In this document: piece by piece, positions 28,692 to 38,952 of the stretch
Layout of the letters: the number at the start of each line of letters is the position of its first letter
Numbering within the stretch: the stretch's first letter is position 1
Assembly: GCA_038523235.1 (NCBI GenBank)
Contig: JBCBJQ010000008.1
Coordinates: forward strand, 32,001 to 96,000
Origin: Cyanobacteria bacterium J06626_4
Lineage (GTDB): Bacteria; Cyanobacteriota; Cyanobacteriia; Phormidesmidales; Phormidesmidaceae
Length of the DNA: 64,000 nt
Reading direction: 5' to 3'
Position numbers and translations under genes: made by a program
Notes under the pieces: generated by a model
Told to the model about the DNA's origin: nothing
What the model saw: the letters and a program-made list of their open reading frames with translations, nothing else
Database searches by the model: none

Positions 28692-29810
28692 CTATTGAGC
28701 AGCTTGCGATGGTGTATCGACTAAATACTTAAACAAATCGTCGAGGACCAAATTAGCGGCGGTCGGTCCTATGCTGATCCAGCGACTAGGAACCTCGTAA
28801 ACTTTGTCTTGCTGTACCGCGTTAAGTTTTAACCACAAAGGGTCTGCTTTTAGCTCTTCTAAAGTGGTTTGAGACTCCTGAGCCATTTCTTCGTCCGACC
28901 CCGCTGTCCAGACAAAGATGACATCGCTATCTTCCTTGTGAAGCAGTTCCTTGCTAATCGATACGCTGCCTAATTCTCCAAAAAACTCTTCTGTATGGTG
29001 GTCGGGGCGTGAGAAACCCGCATCCGCCACTACCGCTCCGCAAGGAGTCTCTTCGAGGTAAATCAAAATTCTGCCGCCAAAGACGGACACGATTGAAACT
29101 TCTGTCTGCTGAAGACGATCGCCCATCTGTGCCTGAAATTCTTTAATTCGGGCATCGTAATCCGTCAAGATCTGTTGTGCCTTATCAGTCTTTCCAAGAG
29201 TTTCTCCATACATGTTCAATAACTTTTTCCAACCCTCTCTAAATTCCCATTCATGCAGTACAGTTGGCGCGATTTTCGACAATTGCTCGTAGTTTTTTCG
29301 ATCAAGGTAATCAACCCCCAATATTAAGTCTGGATTGAGAGCGACAATTGTCTCCAGATCAGGACTACCAGCATCACCGACATCTTCAACGCTTGCTGTT
29401 TTATTTTTTAGGTAAGAATAATCTTTTCGACCGGATTCAGTGCTACCGATAGGTTTAATCCCTAATGATAATAAGGTATCAAAGCCGACACCGAGAACAA
29501 CAATTCGCTGAGGATTGAGTGGAACGCAGACCTCTCCCGAGGAGTGTCGTACCAGGCGACACTCAGATGAGGATATTTGAGCATCAATTGATGACTGGTT
29601 TTGGTTGATTGAGCTACCGGCACAGGCTGAGACGACCGCTACAGTAAGTAAGACCAACAGATACTGGCTGATCCATTTAAGTCTTTTCTTTTGTACTCCG
29701 CTTAGCCCCTTTCTACAATCACTTGGGTTCAATCTTCGGAGTATATCTTTAAGGGAGACGCTGCACGAACGCTTAGATCGCCTTATCCAATTATTGATAA
29801 ATCTGTTCAT
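28692..29810 (-). CDS. Iron-siderophore binding lipoprotein (start uncertain)
   Basis: Lipobox VSAC, PQRIVVL, PDLETI..NPDLILG, DPLWLKLNAV. Confidence 0.88.
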   Translation of the reverse strand: MNRFINNWIRRSKRSCSVSLKDILRRLNPSDCRKGLSGVQKKRLKWISQYLLVLLTVAVVSACAGSSINQNQSSIDAQISSSECRLVRHSSGEVCVPLNPQRIVVLGVGFDTLLSLGIKPIGSTESGRKDYSYLKNKTASVEDVGDAGSPDLETIVALNPDLILGVDYLDRKNYEQLSKIAPTVLHEWEFREGWKKLLNMYGETLGKTDKAQQILTDYDARIKEFQAQMGDRLQQTEVSIVSVFGGRILIYLEETPCGAVVADAGFSRPDHHTEEFFGELGSVSISKELLHKEDSDVIFVWTAGSDEEMAQESQTTLEELKADPLWLKLNAVQQDKVYEVPSRWISIGPTAANLVLDDLFKYLVDTPSQAAQ

Positions 29811-29918
29811 TGGTAAACGCCATGAGCAAAGAGCATAATAGAGTAAAGGAATGGGCGGAAGCATAAGAGTTAACAAGAAAAGAATAAATCCCTTTCTGCG
29901 CTCTGCCTTGTGTCTTTA

Positions 29919-32609
29919 TTAAAACTCCACTGAAATTGAGCCGAGCACTGTAAAAGGCGCACCAGGAATAACTCCTTGTCTACCTGCCGTACCTTCAATG
30001 AATTGGGAATCAAAGAGATTTTGAAAATTCAGGCCGAACCGATAGTTATCTCGCTCATAGGAAATTGCCGCATCGACACGAGTGTAGCCATCAACAAAGA
30101 AAGAATTGTCCAGGTCTCCCGCCCGTTCGCTGACATAAAATAAGCCTGCGCCAAATCCTAAACCGGCCAAACCACCCTCTTGGATAGTGTATTTTGTCCA
30201 CAGGTTAAAATTGTGTTCTGGCACGTTGACCAGGCGATTGCCTTCAGGAATATCATTGTCCTCTGTCACCTCCGCATCGGTGTAGGCGTAACCGGCAAAA
30301 ATATTCCAGCCCGGTAAGATTTCCCCTTGTATATCCAATTCAATGCCTCGACTTCTTTGTTCCCCTGTTTGTATATCAAACCCAGGATTATCGGGGTCTG
30401 ATGTCGTTACATTCGTGAGGGTCGTGTCATAGAAAGCCAGCGTTGAAAAAAGACGGCCTGGGATGATGTCAGTTTTCACCCCAACTTCAAACCCCGTTCC
30501 CCGTTGGGGGTCAAATGGCTCGTTATCAACATTTCTTCCACCTACAGGAGTAAAAGAGCGGGTATAGCTAGCATAGAGAGAAACGGGCTCGACAGGACGA
30601 TAGACAATGCCAACGCGAGGAGAAAACGCATCTGCATTCGTTTCTGACAATTCTTCGTCAGGATTTCCTGCCTCTTGATTAAAAGTATCAAATCTCCCAC
30701 CAACAACTAGCTGAAGATTGTCCAAGATAGCGATTTGGTCTTGTAAATAAATTCCAAACGACTCTCTCCTTAGGTCAAAAGACTCAAGAGGTGAAAATTC
30801 TTCTTCAAAAGTAAATTCTGTTGCAGGATTAAAGATATCAACGGTTGCCCCCCCTCTGTCTCTGAACGTAGCTTCCCGAGATTGATAGGCATATTCCAAG
30901 CCAAATAAGAGCGTGTGCTCGATCGCGCCCGTATTGAACTCAGCAATTAAGTCATTTTGAATAGCAAAAGTTTCAGCAGGCGCACTGAGCACATCTTCAT
31001 CTACAGGAAAATTGCGGTCATCTTCCGACGGACCATCAATTTGTATGTTCCTTGGTTCTTCTTCACTGGTGGTTGTATAGCGTAGAAGTGAGCGTAGAGA
31101 TAGATTGTCGTTAAAACGATGGTCGAGATAGAGTTCGGTGCGGGTTTCTTCAAACTCAGATGGAGTATCGGGATCGCCTAGAAAGGTATCAAAGGGAATA
31201 TCGGCAACTTCGTCGTCGCTTAAAATCACCAGTCCCTGATCTTGTGGTCGAGTGTCATTTAAGTAAGAGAACTCCAAAGTTAACTCTGTGTTGTCACTAA
31301 TTTCCCAAGACAACGTTGGCGCGATAAAAAAACGTTCGGTATCTACGCCATCACGGAAGCTACCGGCATTTTCATAAGCCGCGTTTAAGCGATAGGCTAG
31401 GCTGCCGTCTGCCGTTAACGGTCCAGAGAAATCTAGAGTCGGACGGGTAAAATCAAAGCTCCCCATCGTAAATCCAACTTCGTAAAACGGTTCGCGCAGC
31501 GGCTGCTTGGTCACAAAGTTGATAATGCCCGATGGTTCGGCACGTCCGAATAGAACAGATGCGGGTCCTTTCAGTACTTCCACGCGCTCGATGTTAGCTA
31601 ACTCCACTGCGGTACGAGACGAGAAGAGAAAATCACCACGAAAGCCATTGCGAAACGCCTCTGCAGTGAAACCTCGAAGAATAAATCGTTCCTGGCGACC
31701 TGTAGCTGAGTTTGCGAAGCTAACACCACTAGCATTTCGTACGATGTCACGTACGTTAGTCGCCCCCTGGTCCCTGATCACCTGCTGCGGTATCACCTGA
31801 ATCGAAGAAGGCGTATCGCGAATATCCACACCCGTTCTCAGCGTACTCGGCGCATTAGGCACAAAGTAATCAGAGCCCGCCTCTTCTCCAGTCACCACCA
31901 CTTGAATCGCGTCATCATCAGCATCGGTGGCGGTGGCAACTCCCGGCGTTACGCTTAGCACCAGGGTGCCCGCATCAGCACTAATCTGCGCCTGCGGCAC
32001 CGCCTCCGTGCCGGTAATCGAAATCTGCACGCGGTCACCGGGTAAATTCGTCACGCTCACCAGCGCAATCCCCTCCGCTGGGCCAAACTGCTCAAACGCC
32101 TCGCCGTCAGGTAAATCCAGCACCGCATTGGGGATTTCGGCAATCAGTGCCTCCCCTACCGCCTGAGTCGCGGGCGCGGTCAGGTCGCCGCCTGCCGTTT
32201 CTAGCACCACTTGCAGCCCCGCTGCTGTCTCTTCTACCCGCACATTCGTAATCGTGACCCGCGACTGGGCAATTTGCGCCTGCCATTCCTCCACCGTGGT
32301 GGCGGGTGGGTTGGCGGCAGCGGACTCAGTCCGATGAATGTCTTCTACCGAGATCACAGGCGAGTCTATTGCCGCTGACGCCGATTCACTGACTGTCTCT
32401 GTTGGGGCGGTGGGCGAGTCGGCGGCGATCGCCTCGCCGCTGCTGACATCCTCTGCCAGGATGCCGGGGCTCTCTAATACCTCGATTTCCTGCGCCTCAG
32501 CCGATAGCGCCAAAGCCCCCGCCCAGCTACTCGCCAGGGCAACCATCAGTCCCAGGCAGCGGGCCTTAGCAAAGGGGCGCTGTCCTACTCCATTTTGAAG
32601 ATTCATCAT
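29919..32609 (-). CDS. TonB-dependent siderophore receptor with AMIN domain (FhuA-like)
   Basis: ERVEVLKGPASVLFG, AFSPRVGIVY, C-terminal SVEF. Confidence 0.93.
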   Translation of the reverse strand: MMNLQNGVGQRPFAKARCLGLMVALASSWAGALALSAEAQEIEVLESPGILAEDVSSGEAIAADSPTAPTETVSESASAAIDSPVISVEDIHRTESAAANPPATTVEEWQAQIAQSRVTITNVRVEETAAGLQVVLETAGGDLTAPATQAVGEALIAEIPNAVLDLPDGEAFEQFGPAEGIALVSVTNLPGDRVQISITGTEAVPQAQISADAGTLVLSVTPGVATATDADDDAIQVVVTGEEAGSDYFVPNAPSTLRTGVDIRDTPSSIQVIPQQVIRDQGATNVRDIVRNASGVSFANSATGRQERFILRGFTAEAFRNGFRGDFLFSSRTAVELANIERVEVLKGPASVLFGRAEPSGIINFVTKQPLREPFYEVGFTMGSFDFTRPTLDFSGPLTADGSLAYRLNAAYENAGSFRDGVDTERFFIAPTLSWEISDNTELTLEFSYLNDTRPQDQGLVILSDDEVADIPFDTFLGDPDTPSEFEETRTELYLDHRFNDNLSLRSLLRYTTTSEEEPRNIQIDGPSEDDRNFPVDEDVLSAPAETFAIQNDLIAEFNTGAIEHTLLFGLEYAYQSREATFRDRGGATVDIFNPATEFTFEEEFSPLESFDLRRESFGIYLQDQIAILDNLQLVVGGRFDTFNQEAGNPDEELSETNADAFSPRVGIVYRPVEPVSLYASYTRSFTPVGGRNVDNEPFDPQRGTGFEVGVKTDIIPGRLFSTLAFYDTTLTNVTTSDPDNPGFDIQTGEQRSRGIELDIQGEILPGWNIFAGYAYTDAEVTEDNDIPEGNRLVNVPEHNFNLWTKYTIQEGGLAGLGFGAGLFYVSERAGDLDNSFFVDGYTRVDAAISYERDNYRFGLNFQNLFDSQFIEGTAGRQGVIPGAPFTVLGSISVEF

Positions 32610-32620
32610 GCCTCACACTA

Positions 32621-32714
32621 AATGCAAATGATTCGCAAGTGCGAGCATCTTACAGAGGACGGATAGTCGTGTCAGTTCCTATCGGGACCTTTTCCATTCC
32701 TAGCGGGACTTTTT
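32621..32714 (-). promoter_or_regulatory. Receptor promoter: direct-repeat operator plus Fur-like box
   Basis: TTCCTATCGGGACCTTTT (32676) / TTCCTAGCGGGACTTTTT (32697), period 21; AATGCAAATGATTCGCAAG at 32621-32639. Confidence 0.65.
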
Positions 32715-32728
32715 GGTCGCGATCGCCC

Positions 32729-33730
32729 TTAATGCCGTAGCGATCGCGGATTTACCCCAAACCGTTTCCGAAAAGCTGCCGCAAAATGTCCTTGGCTGGT
32801 GTAGCCCACTGCGGAAGCGGCTTGGGTAACCGTCATATCTCCTGTCAACAAAAGTTGTCTGGCCTGTTCTAACCGCTCGGTCTTCACATAGCCAAATACA
32901 GTCGTGTCAAGCACCTGCCGAAACCCCGCCTTCAGCTTTTTATCATTTAGCCCTACCCGACGGGCCAGCACAATAGTCGAGGGCGGGTCAACCAGCTCCC
33001 GCCGCAAAATATTCACCGCCTCATACACCCGCTCAACATCCGCCGCCTTCAGCGCTTGCGGAGGACACTCCCCCTGCTCTAGCTCCACCCACTGGTCTAT
33101 CTGGAGTGCCAGCAATTCCAGCGCCTTACTCTCCAAAAATAGTCGCTTGATGCCGTGACTGTAGGGACAGTGCAATATTTGCTGTAGCACTTTGTGCATG
33201 GCTGGGGTCATATTGCCCAGAGACTGATGAAAGCGCCGCTGCTCTCCTGTCAGGGTTTGCCGCAGCAGATCTGGCAAAAACCCTAAGTCCATGCCAATCG
33301 TCTGGAAAAAGTGAGGTTCGATATGCAAGCGGAGGAACTGTCTGTGCTGATCCGCTAAGTAAATTTCGGTTTCTTGAATATCTGGCAGCGCAAGAAAGTA
33401 GCTTTGGCCAGCCGCTTCACAATACTCTTCTGGCACCCCTGGAATGCCTGAGCAGCGGACTCCTTGATACCCAGACAGACAAAACTTCGCTATCAACGGC
33501 ATTTCATCAGGGTGCTCACCCTTAATACCGACGTCTCTATAGGGTTTGTCATCAGACCATCTTAAAGAAAGCCCTGACTGTAGCCGCAGCACCCATACAT
33601 TGTCAGTGCTATATCGATCCTGGCAGTGGAACATCCAATCAAAGCCGTCGGTGTTGTAGGCGATAGTACCTCTGGCTTCGAGGCAATCTTGCCGTTGCTG
33701 ATAGTAAGCTTCCGAGGTGATGATATCCAT
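32729..33730 (-). CDS. AraC family regulator (PchR-like)
   Basis: LFLESKALELL, LNDKKLKAGFRQV, VGYTSQGHFAAAF; Fur-like box at 33759-33777. Confidence 0.92.
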   Translation of the reverse strand: MDIITSEAYYQQRQDCLEARGTIAYNTDGFDWMFHCQDRYSTDNVWVLRLQSGLSLRWSDDKPYRDVGIKGEHPDEMPLIAKFCLSGYQGVRCSGIPGVPEEYCEAAGQSYFLALPDIQETEIYLADQHRQFLRLHIEPHFFQTIGMDLGFLPDLLRQTLTGEQRRFHQSLGNMTPAMHKVLQQILHCPYSHGIKRLFLESKALELLALQIDQWVELEQGECPPQALKAADVERVYEAVNILRRELVDPPSTIVLARRVGLNDKKLKAGFRQVLDTTVFGYVKTERLEQARQLLLTGDMTVTQAASAVGYTSQGHFAAAFRKRFGVNPRSLRH

Positions 33731-33925
33731 GTGAGGCGACGCGATTCTTAGCAGGATAGTTGAAAACTATTCCTATTAATGAAATAGATCGAGACCGCAA
33801 CTGTCAAGTGCCCTGGTTTATGTCGGCTACCTGCCATGGCGCTTGGCCTTGCTCAGAGCCTGGCCCGGCCGCCCCAGTAGATCAGAAACTCCCAGGTCCC
33901 AGGCCACTGACGCAAAAACTTCGCC

Positions 33926-34852
33926 TCAGTCTAAACAAGCTTCAATATCTTGCAAAATCTGGTTGGCTGCCAGAATGCTGCGCCCACCAGCCCAAATCGC
34001 ACTGCTGACTTCACAAACGACACCCCGTTCAACCGCATTAAGCGTTGACCAGAGCGGATCGCTGACAAATTCTGCCTTGGTGATGCTGCCCTCGGACTGC
34101 GAGTCATACATCAAAAACACAATATCGCCATCAATGGCAGCGAGATCTTCTTTCGAGGGCTGCAGCGCGTAGCGTGAGCTTTGGGCCTGGATGGGATTGC
34201 GATTGAACCCTAAATCTTGCAGGATCGACCCAGAAAAACTGTTGGCTGTATAGGCTAAAACACCCCCGCTCCAGTGGGCTACCACGGATACAGTCGGATT
34301 CCGTGGCATCACCTGCTCAAGGTCAGATTTCAAGGTGTTGACCCGCTGTTGGTAATCAGCTAACAACTCTTCTGCTTTGGCAAGCTGACCCAACGCATCG
34401 GCATGGAGCAGAAAGTGCTCTTGCCAATTACCGTGACGCCCATTGTCTTCCGTAAAAATGGTGGGCGCGATCCGCGATAGCCTTCGATAAGCGCCCCGCT
34501 CAACGACTTTTGACCCTAAAATCAAGTCTGGCTCTAGCTCTAAAATCGTTTCTAAATTGGGATAAAAGCCTGCACCGATTGAGGTGATGTCTCGGCTAGC
34601 GTTGGGGTAAATCGGGGAAATGGCCTCCTCGGGTCTGCCAATGAGGGTCACCTCTAGGGCTAAGGCCGTATCTAGAGGGGCATAGTCTAAAGCAATCACT
34701 CGCTGGGGTGAGACGGGTACCTGAGTGGTGCCCATGGCATGCTCAATCGGGCGCATGGGCACGTCAGAATCAGGGGGCAGGGTTGGCTGACAGCTTGTCA
34801 AAAAAACGCTTGCCAGCCCTCCCAATAATCCTTTACAAGCAATGTTGGACAT
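33926..34852 (-). CDS. Iron-siderophore binding lipoprotein
   Basis: Lipobox LTSC; close paralog of 20765. Confidence 0.9.
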   Translation of the reverse strand: MSNIACKGLLGGLASVFLTSCQPTLPPDSDVPMRPIEHAMGTTQVPVSPQRVIALDYAPLDTALALEVTLIGRPEEAISPIYPNASRDITSIGAGFYPNLETILELEPDLILGSKVVERGAYRRLSRIAPTIFTEDNGRHGNWQEHFLLHADALGQLAKAEELLADYQQRVNTLKSDLEQVMPRNPTVSVVAHWSGGVLAYTANSFSGSILQDLGFNRNPIQAQSSRYALQPSKEDLAAIDGDIVFLMYDSQSEGSITKAEFVSDPLWSTLNAVERGVVCEVSSAIWAGGRSILAANQILQDIEACLD

Positions 34853-34859
34853 TAGGCCA

Positions 34860-37424
34860 TTAAAACTCAATCGAATAGCGCACGCTTAGGGTCGTTCCAG
34901 GTGCGGCAAAGCGGCGATCTTCAAACTGGTTAACCCGTTCTTGTGCAGTCAGCGACAGGTACTCTGTATTCAACAGGTTTTCAACCGCTAAGGTGAGGCG
35001 GCCTGAGCCGAGTTGTAAACTGCTGATTAAATCCAGGGTCACGTAGCTGTTGATCTTAAAGGGGTCAATACCCTCATCAAAAGCGCGATCGCGATCGCCG
35101 ATCAACAACATCTGTAATCGATTAGTCCAACGAGGGGTTGTATTATTTTCGACATACAGCCCCAGCTTATAGGGCGGCACCGTGAGCGACCCTAAGGGCA
35201 AAAAATCACCCTCATCACCAACATCATTTTCACCCTCGGCCCAGCTAAAGGCTCCTCCCAACCGCCAAGTGTCACTGGGCTGCCAGTCGATAGTGGCCTC
35301 CACACCATAGTTGCGCTGTGGTGCCCGGACTAATCTCGTGCCGCCAATTTCAGGATCGAATAGGAAGGAAGCGCCCAGACTCGATTCGCTATAAAACCCC
35401 GCAACACTGGCCTGCACCCGGCCAAATTCGGCTCGCGCCCCAAGCTCAAAGTTATCTACCGTTTGGGGTTGAAACAGCAAATCATCACTAATATCAAAGT
35501 CCGGTGCGACTTGTCCTAAGGCTAATCCCAAACTCGGAATCGAAAAGCCTTGAGAAAAGTTGGCAAATAACCCAACTTCTGGAATCGGTCGATAGAGCAG
35601 TCCAACATTAAATGAAACATCATCAAAGCTGCCGCTGCCGCCGTCACGCTCACGGGGAAATTGAAAGGCGAGCTGATAAGGATCGGCCGAAAAACTAACG
35701 TTGTCGTAACGAATACCCCCGCTAATTTGCCACTGTTCGCTGATATCCCAACGGGTTTGGGCAAACAAACCTAAATTTTCGATTTCATAAAGCGGAAATG
35801 CCGAAAACTCTTCGATAATGTTGACTTCTCGATTGGCATCAAAGGCCACCGGATCGATGAAGGCTGCTCTGTTCTCATTTTCTTCCTGGGAATAATCGAC
35901 CCCCCACAGCACGTTTGCCGCATTTCCTAGGGGCGTATCCACCTGCATCCGGAGCCCTAACTCGGAGAATTCATTCAAATTCTGAAAAATCTCGGGAAAG
36001 AATTCTGGAAAGCCTCTGAATCTGATATCCCCAAATTCCTGTACAACTTCTAAGTCGGTGTAGTAAACCTGAGCGTCTAACTGAGAGCCAAAGATATCCG
36101 CATGGCGATAAGTGAGATTGAGCACATTGCTGGTTGTCTTAGGCGGTTCTTCATAGTCAAACTCTCCTAAAAATAGGGGTCTCGCCACCTGAGTTCCGGG
36201 AATATCGAGAATGGCTGGATCGCTCGTAAACTCACTGTCAGTCTGATCGCGGTAAAAACTGTAGGTGAGCCCGATACGTTGATTTTCATCAATGTCATAG
36301 CCTAACTTTGTGAGTAGCCCTAACCGGTCATATTCACCCAGGCCAACAACCGGAATAATGCGATCGCCATTAGCATCAAATTGAGCATTTCTGACGTCGT
36401 AGTTCACTGAAATGCGGCCATCAACGCCATTCTCGGCACCAGCAACATCCAGGCCCACCGTATAACCAAAACTATCTCCTTCAATCGAGGTTAGGCCCAC
36501 ACGGGTGCCAATATCGGCTCGGTAAATGACCCCTTCTTCGACCGGGGCACGAGTGATTAGATTGATGGTGCCGCCAGCCGCCCCATCCCCATAAAGGGCA
36601 CTCGCTCCAGGGATGACCTCAATCCGCTCCAAGGAGTCAGGAGAAATGGTGTTCAACTCAAAAAAGAGCGGACCATTAGGATTTTGTGGCACCCCATCCA
36701 CCAGAACCTGAATATTGCGTCCGCGCAGGGTAAAGCCACGGGTGCCAATCTGTAGCGGCGGCGGCGAAAAACCGGGCACTAGATTCCCCAAAATATCGGG
36801 CAGATTGTTGGTGAGCTCTAACTGTTGTTGAATGGCTGCCCGCTCGATGATTCGGACTGTGCGAGGCACATCCAACACATCTTCTTCCGTACGAGTAGCG
36901 GTCACCACAACCTGAATGGTGTCAGCATCCTCGATCACGGCTGAGGCGATGCCGGGTTCGACGCTGAAGACCAGATTGTTAGCTTGAGGGTTCACCTGTG
37001 CCGCTGGCGGGGCATCCGTCCCCGTAATGGCCACCTGAACGCCGCCATCCGGCAAGGGGGTCACCTGCACTAAAGCGATTCCCTCAGCCGGACTAAATTG
37101 TTCCGCAGCAGCTTCGTCAGTGAGGGCCAGGGTCGCGTTGGGAATATTGGTCACCAGGGCATTGCCGACGATCTCTGAGGTGCCTGCCGACAGGGGTTGA
37201 TCAGAAACGAGCACCACCGTGAAGCCCTCAGGTGTGGGCTCAATTTGCACATCAGTAATGACAGCGGCGGCATCTTCCGTTTGAGCCAACAAATCCGTCG
37301 CCGTCGTGGTGGCCTCCAGATCGGGTAAGGCGATTTCAGCAACCGGCTCAGCGGCAGCGATAGGCATCGCGATCGCCACGCCTGCGATCGTCAACAGTCC
37401 AAAACTCAACGGTTTCATTATCAT
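34860..37424 (-). CDS. TonB-dependent receptor with AMIN domain (IutA-type)
   Basis: Close paralog of 21718; likely start MIMKPL; C-terminal SIEF. Confidence 0.92.
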   Translation of the reverse strand: MIMKPLSFGLLTIAGVAIAMPIAAAEPVAEIALPDLEATTTATDLLAQTEDAAAVITDVQIEPTPEGFTVVLVSDQPLSAGTSEIVGNALVTNIPNATLALTDEAAAEQFSPAEGIALVQVTPLPDGGVQVAITGTDAPPAAQVNPQANNLVFSVEPGIASAVIEDADTIQVVVTATRTEEDVLDVPRTVRIIERAAIQQQLELTNNLPDILGNLVPGFSPPPLQIGTRGFTLRGRNIQVLVDGVPQNPNGPLFFELNTISPDSLERIEVIPGASALYGDGAAGGTINLITRAPVEEGVIYRADIGTRVGLTSIEGDSFGYTVGLDVAGAENGVDGRISVNYDVRNAQFDANGDRIIPVVGLGEYDRLGLLTKLGYDIDENQRIGLTYSFYRDQTDSEFTSDPAILDIPGTQVARPLFLGEFDYEEPPKTTSNVLNLTYRHADIFGSQLDAQVYYTDLEVVQEFGDIRFRGFPEFFPEIFQNLNEFSELGLRMQVDTPLGNAANVLWGVDYSQEENENRAAFIDPVAFDANREVNIIEEFSAFPLYEIENLGLFAQTRWDISEQWQISGGIRYDNVSFSADPYQLAFQFPRERDGGSGSFDDVSFNVGLLYRPIPEVGLFANFSQGFSIPSLGLALGQVAPDFDISDDLLFQPQTVDNFELGARAEFGRVQASVAGFYSESSLGASFLFDPEIGGTRLVRAPQRNYGVEATIDWQPSDTWRLGGAFSWAEGENDVGDEGDFLPLGSLTVPPYKLGLYVENNTTPRWTNRLQMLLIGDRDRAFDEGIDPFKINSYVTLDLISSLQLGSGRLTLAVENLLNTEYLSLTAQERVNQFEDRRFAAPGTTLSVRYSIEF

Positions 37425-37479
37425 CACTTTCACACCACAAGCAGCAGACAAATAGCAGCCCGCTATATTCCACAACACT

Positions 37480-37579
37480 AGTGAGAAGGTTTCTCAACTA
37501 GTTGGGGTTCAATCTAGGGGATTTAGAGATGACTTTTCTCTTCAAAACAGACTTTTTTCTCTTCAAAACAGACTTTTTT
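37480..37579 (-). promoter_or_regulatory. Receptor promoter: perfect 21-bp tandem operator plus Fur-like box
   Basis: (TTTTCTCTTCAAAACAGACTT)x2 at 37534-37575; AGTGAGAAGGTTTCTCAAC at 37480-37498. Confidence 0.7.
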
Positions 37580-37580
37580 C

Positions 37581-37976
37581 TTAAAGCACCCGACGTTGCT
37601 TTAACTGATAGCCTTTCGGAGACATGCCAAACTGCCGCCGAAAAGCGTTGCTAAACGCCGTCGCACTGTCATAACCAATGGCTGTGGCCACGGCGACGAT
37701 TGAGCGCTGCTGGGTTAGCAATTTACAGGCTGTTTGCATGCGCGGCTGGGTTAAATAGCCAAAAACGGTAGTATCACAAACCTGTCGAAAGCCTTCCCTG
37801 AGTTTGCGTTCATTGAGATTCACTTGCCGCGCCAATTCTGCTGTGGAAGGCGGCTGGCTCATATTTTGATCCAGAATGGCCTGAGCTTGATAAAGCTGCT
37901 CAATGGCAGACGATGTGAGGGAGATCGCTGGCTGCTGGGAATACTGTTCTGCCCAAGTGGCAAACTGGAAGGCCAA
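37581..37976 (-). pseudogene. Truncated chimeric AraC (DNA-binding domain only)
   Basis: First ~29 aa resemble AraC 19563 (QFATWAEQ..IEQLYQA); the rest is nearly identical to the C-terminus of AraC 39453; no sensor domain. Confidence 0.8.
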
Positions 37977-37997
37977 CTTGTCATGGCTACCAGAGGT

Positions 37998-38945
37998 TCA
38001 ATCAGTCTGAGCAAGGCACGCTTCCACATCAGTCAAAATCTGGTTGGCCGCCAAAATACTCCGACCGGCACCCCAAACCGCTCCTGGCACTTCGCAAACT
38101 TGATTCTGCCGAACAGCTTGTAGCTGAGACCATACGGGATCAGTAATAAATTCTTCTTTTTGAATGCCTACTGAAAAGTCAGGGGAATAAATGAAGAAAA
38201 TATAGTCACCATCGAGCTTATCTAACGCTTCAGCAGAGAACTCCACCACATAGTTACGGGTGATATCTTGTGCGGGGGGACGAGAGAGCCCCACATCGAC
38301 CAGCACTGAGCCGGAAAAACTATTGACTGTATACGCGCCGATGCGATCTCCGTAGGTTGACAACACAGAAATTTCGAGATCTGCTGGTTGCGCTATCGCG
38401 TCCTCCAACTGCTGTGCCCGGTCGCGATAGCGCTGCAAAAGCTGCCCGGCTTGCTCAAGCTGCCCCAGCGCTTCCGCATAGAGCAAAAAATTTTCCTGCC
38501 AGTCACTTTCTCGACCGCTGCCCTCCGTCATTACCGTCGGGGCAATTTGCGACAGTTGGCGATAAAGTCGGCGAGGAGTACCGATCTTAGAGCCCAAAAT
38601 CAAATCAGGTTCAAGCTGCAAAATTGCTTCTAAATTTGGCTGATTGCCATCGCCGACAATGGTGATATCGGTGACGGCCTCACCCAAATAATCTGGTAGC
38701 GACCCATAGATTATCGTTCCAACCGGTTGAATATTTAAGGCCACAGCGGTATCCAATGGAGCTGTATCTAGCACCACCACTCGCTGTGGAGATACCGGCA
38801 CCTGAGTTTCTCCATAGGCATGAGCCACTGTACGAGCTGGCCCAGAGACAGCCGCAGGTGGTTGAGTTGAACCAGGCTGACAGCCGATGACTAGAGCCCC
38901 GCTCATCAGCCAGCCGACGATGTTGGAATGCCGCAACTTAACCAT
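37998..38945 (-). CDS. Iron-siderophore binding lipoprotein
   Basis: AGGAG RBS, lipobox VIGC, PQRVVVLD, PNLEAI..PDLILG. Confidence 0.9.
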   Translation of the reverse strand: MVKLRHSNIVGWLMSGALVIGCQPGSTQPPAAVSGPARTVAHAYGETQVPVSPQRVVVLDTAPLDTAVALNIQPVGTIIYGSLPDYLGEAVTDITIVGDGNQPNLEAILQLEPDLILGSKIGTPRRLYRQLSQIAPTVMTEGSGRESDWQENFLLYAEALGQLEQAGQLLQRYRDRAQQLEDAIAQPADLEISVLSTYGDRIGAYTVNSFSGSVLVDVGLSRPPAQDITRNYVVEFSAEALDKLDGDYIFFIYSPDFSVGIQKEEFITDPVWSQLQAVRQNQVCEVPGAVWGAGRSILAANQILTDVEACLAQTD

Positions 38946-38952
38946 CAATCTC

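Noticed and set aside
37425..37478. Extended N-termini in the ORF track (also 26108, 16663, 29876, 55843, 57134, 11009, 11329)
   Set aside because: The extensions overlap Fur boxes, leaders or upstream genes; downstream ATGs fit the RBS, signal peptide and paralog starts better.
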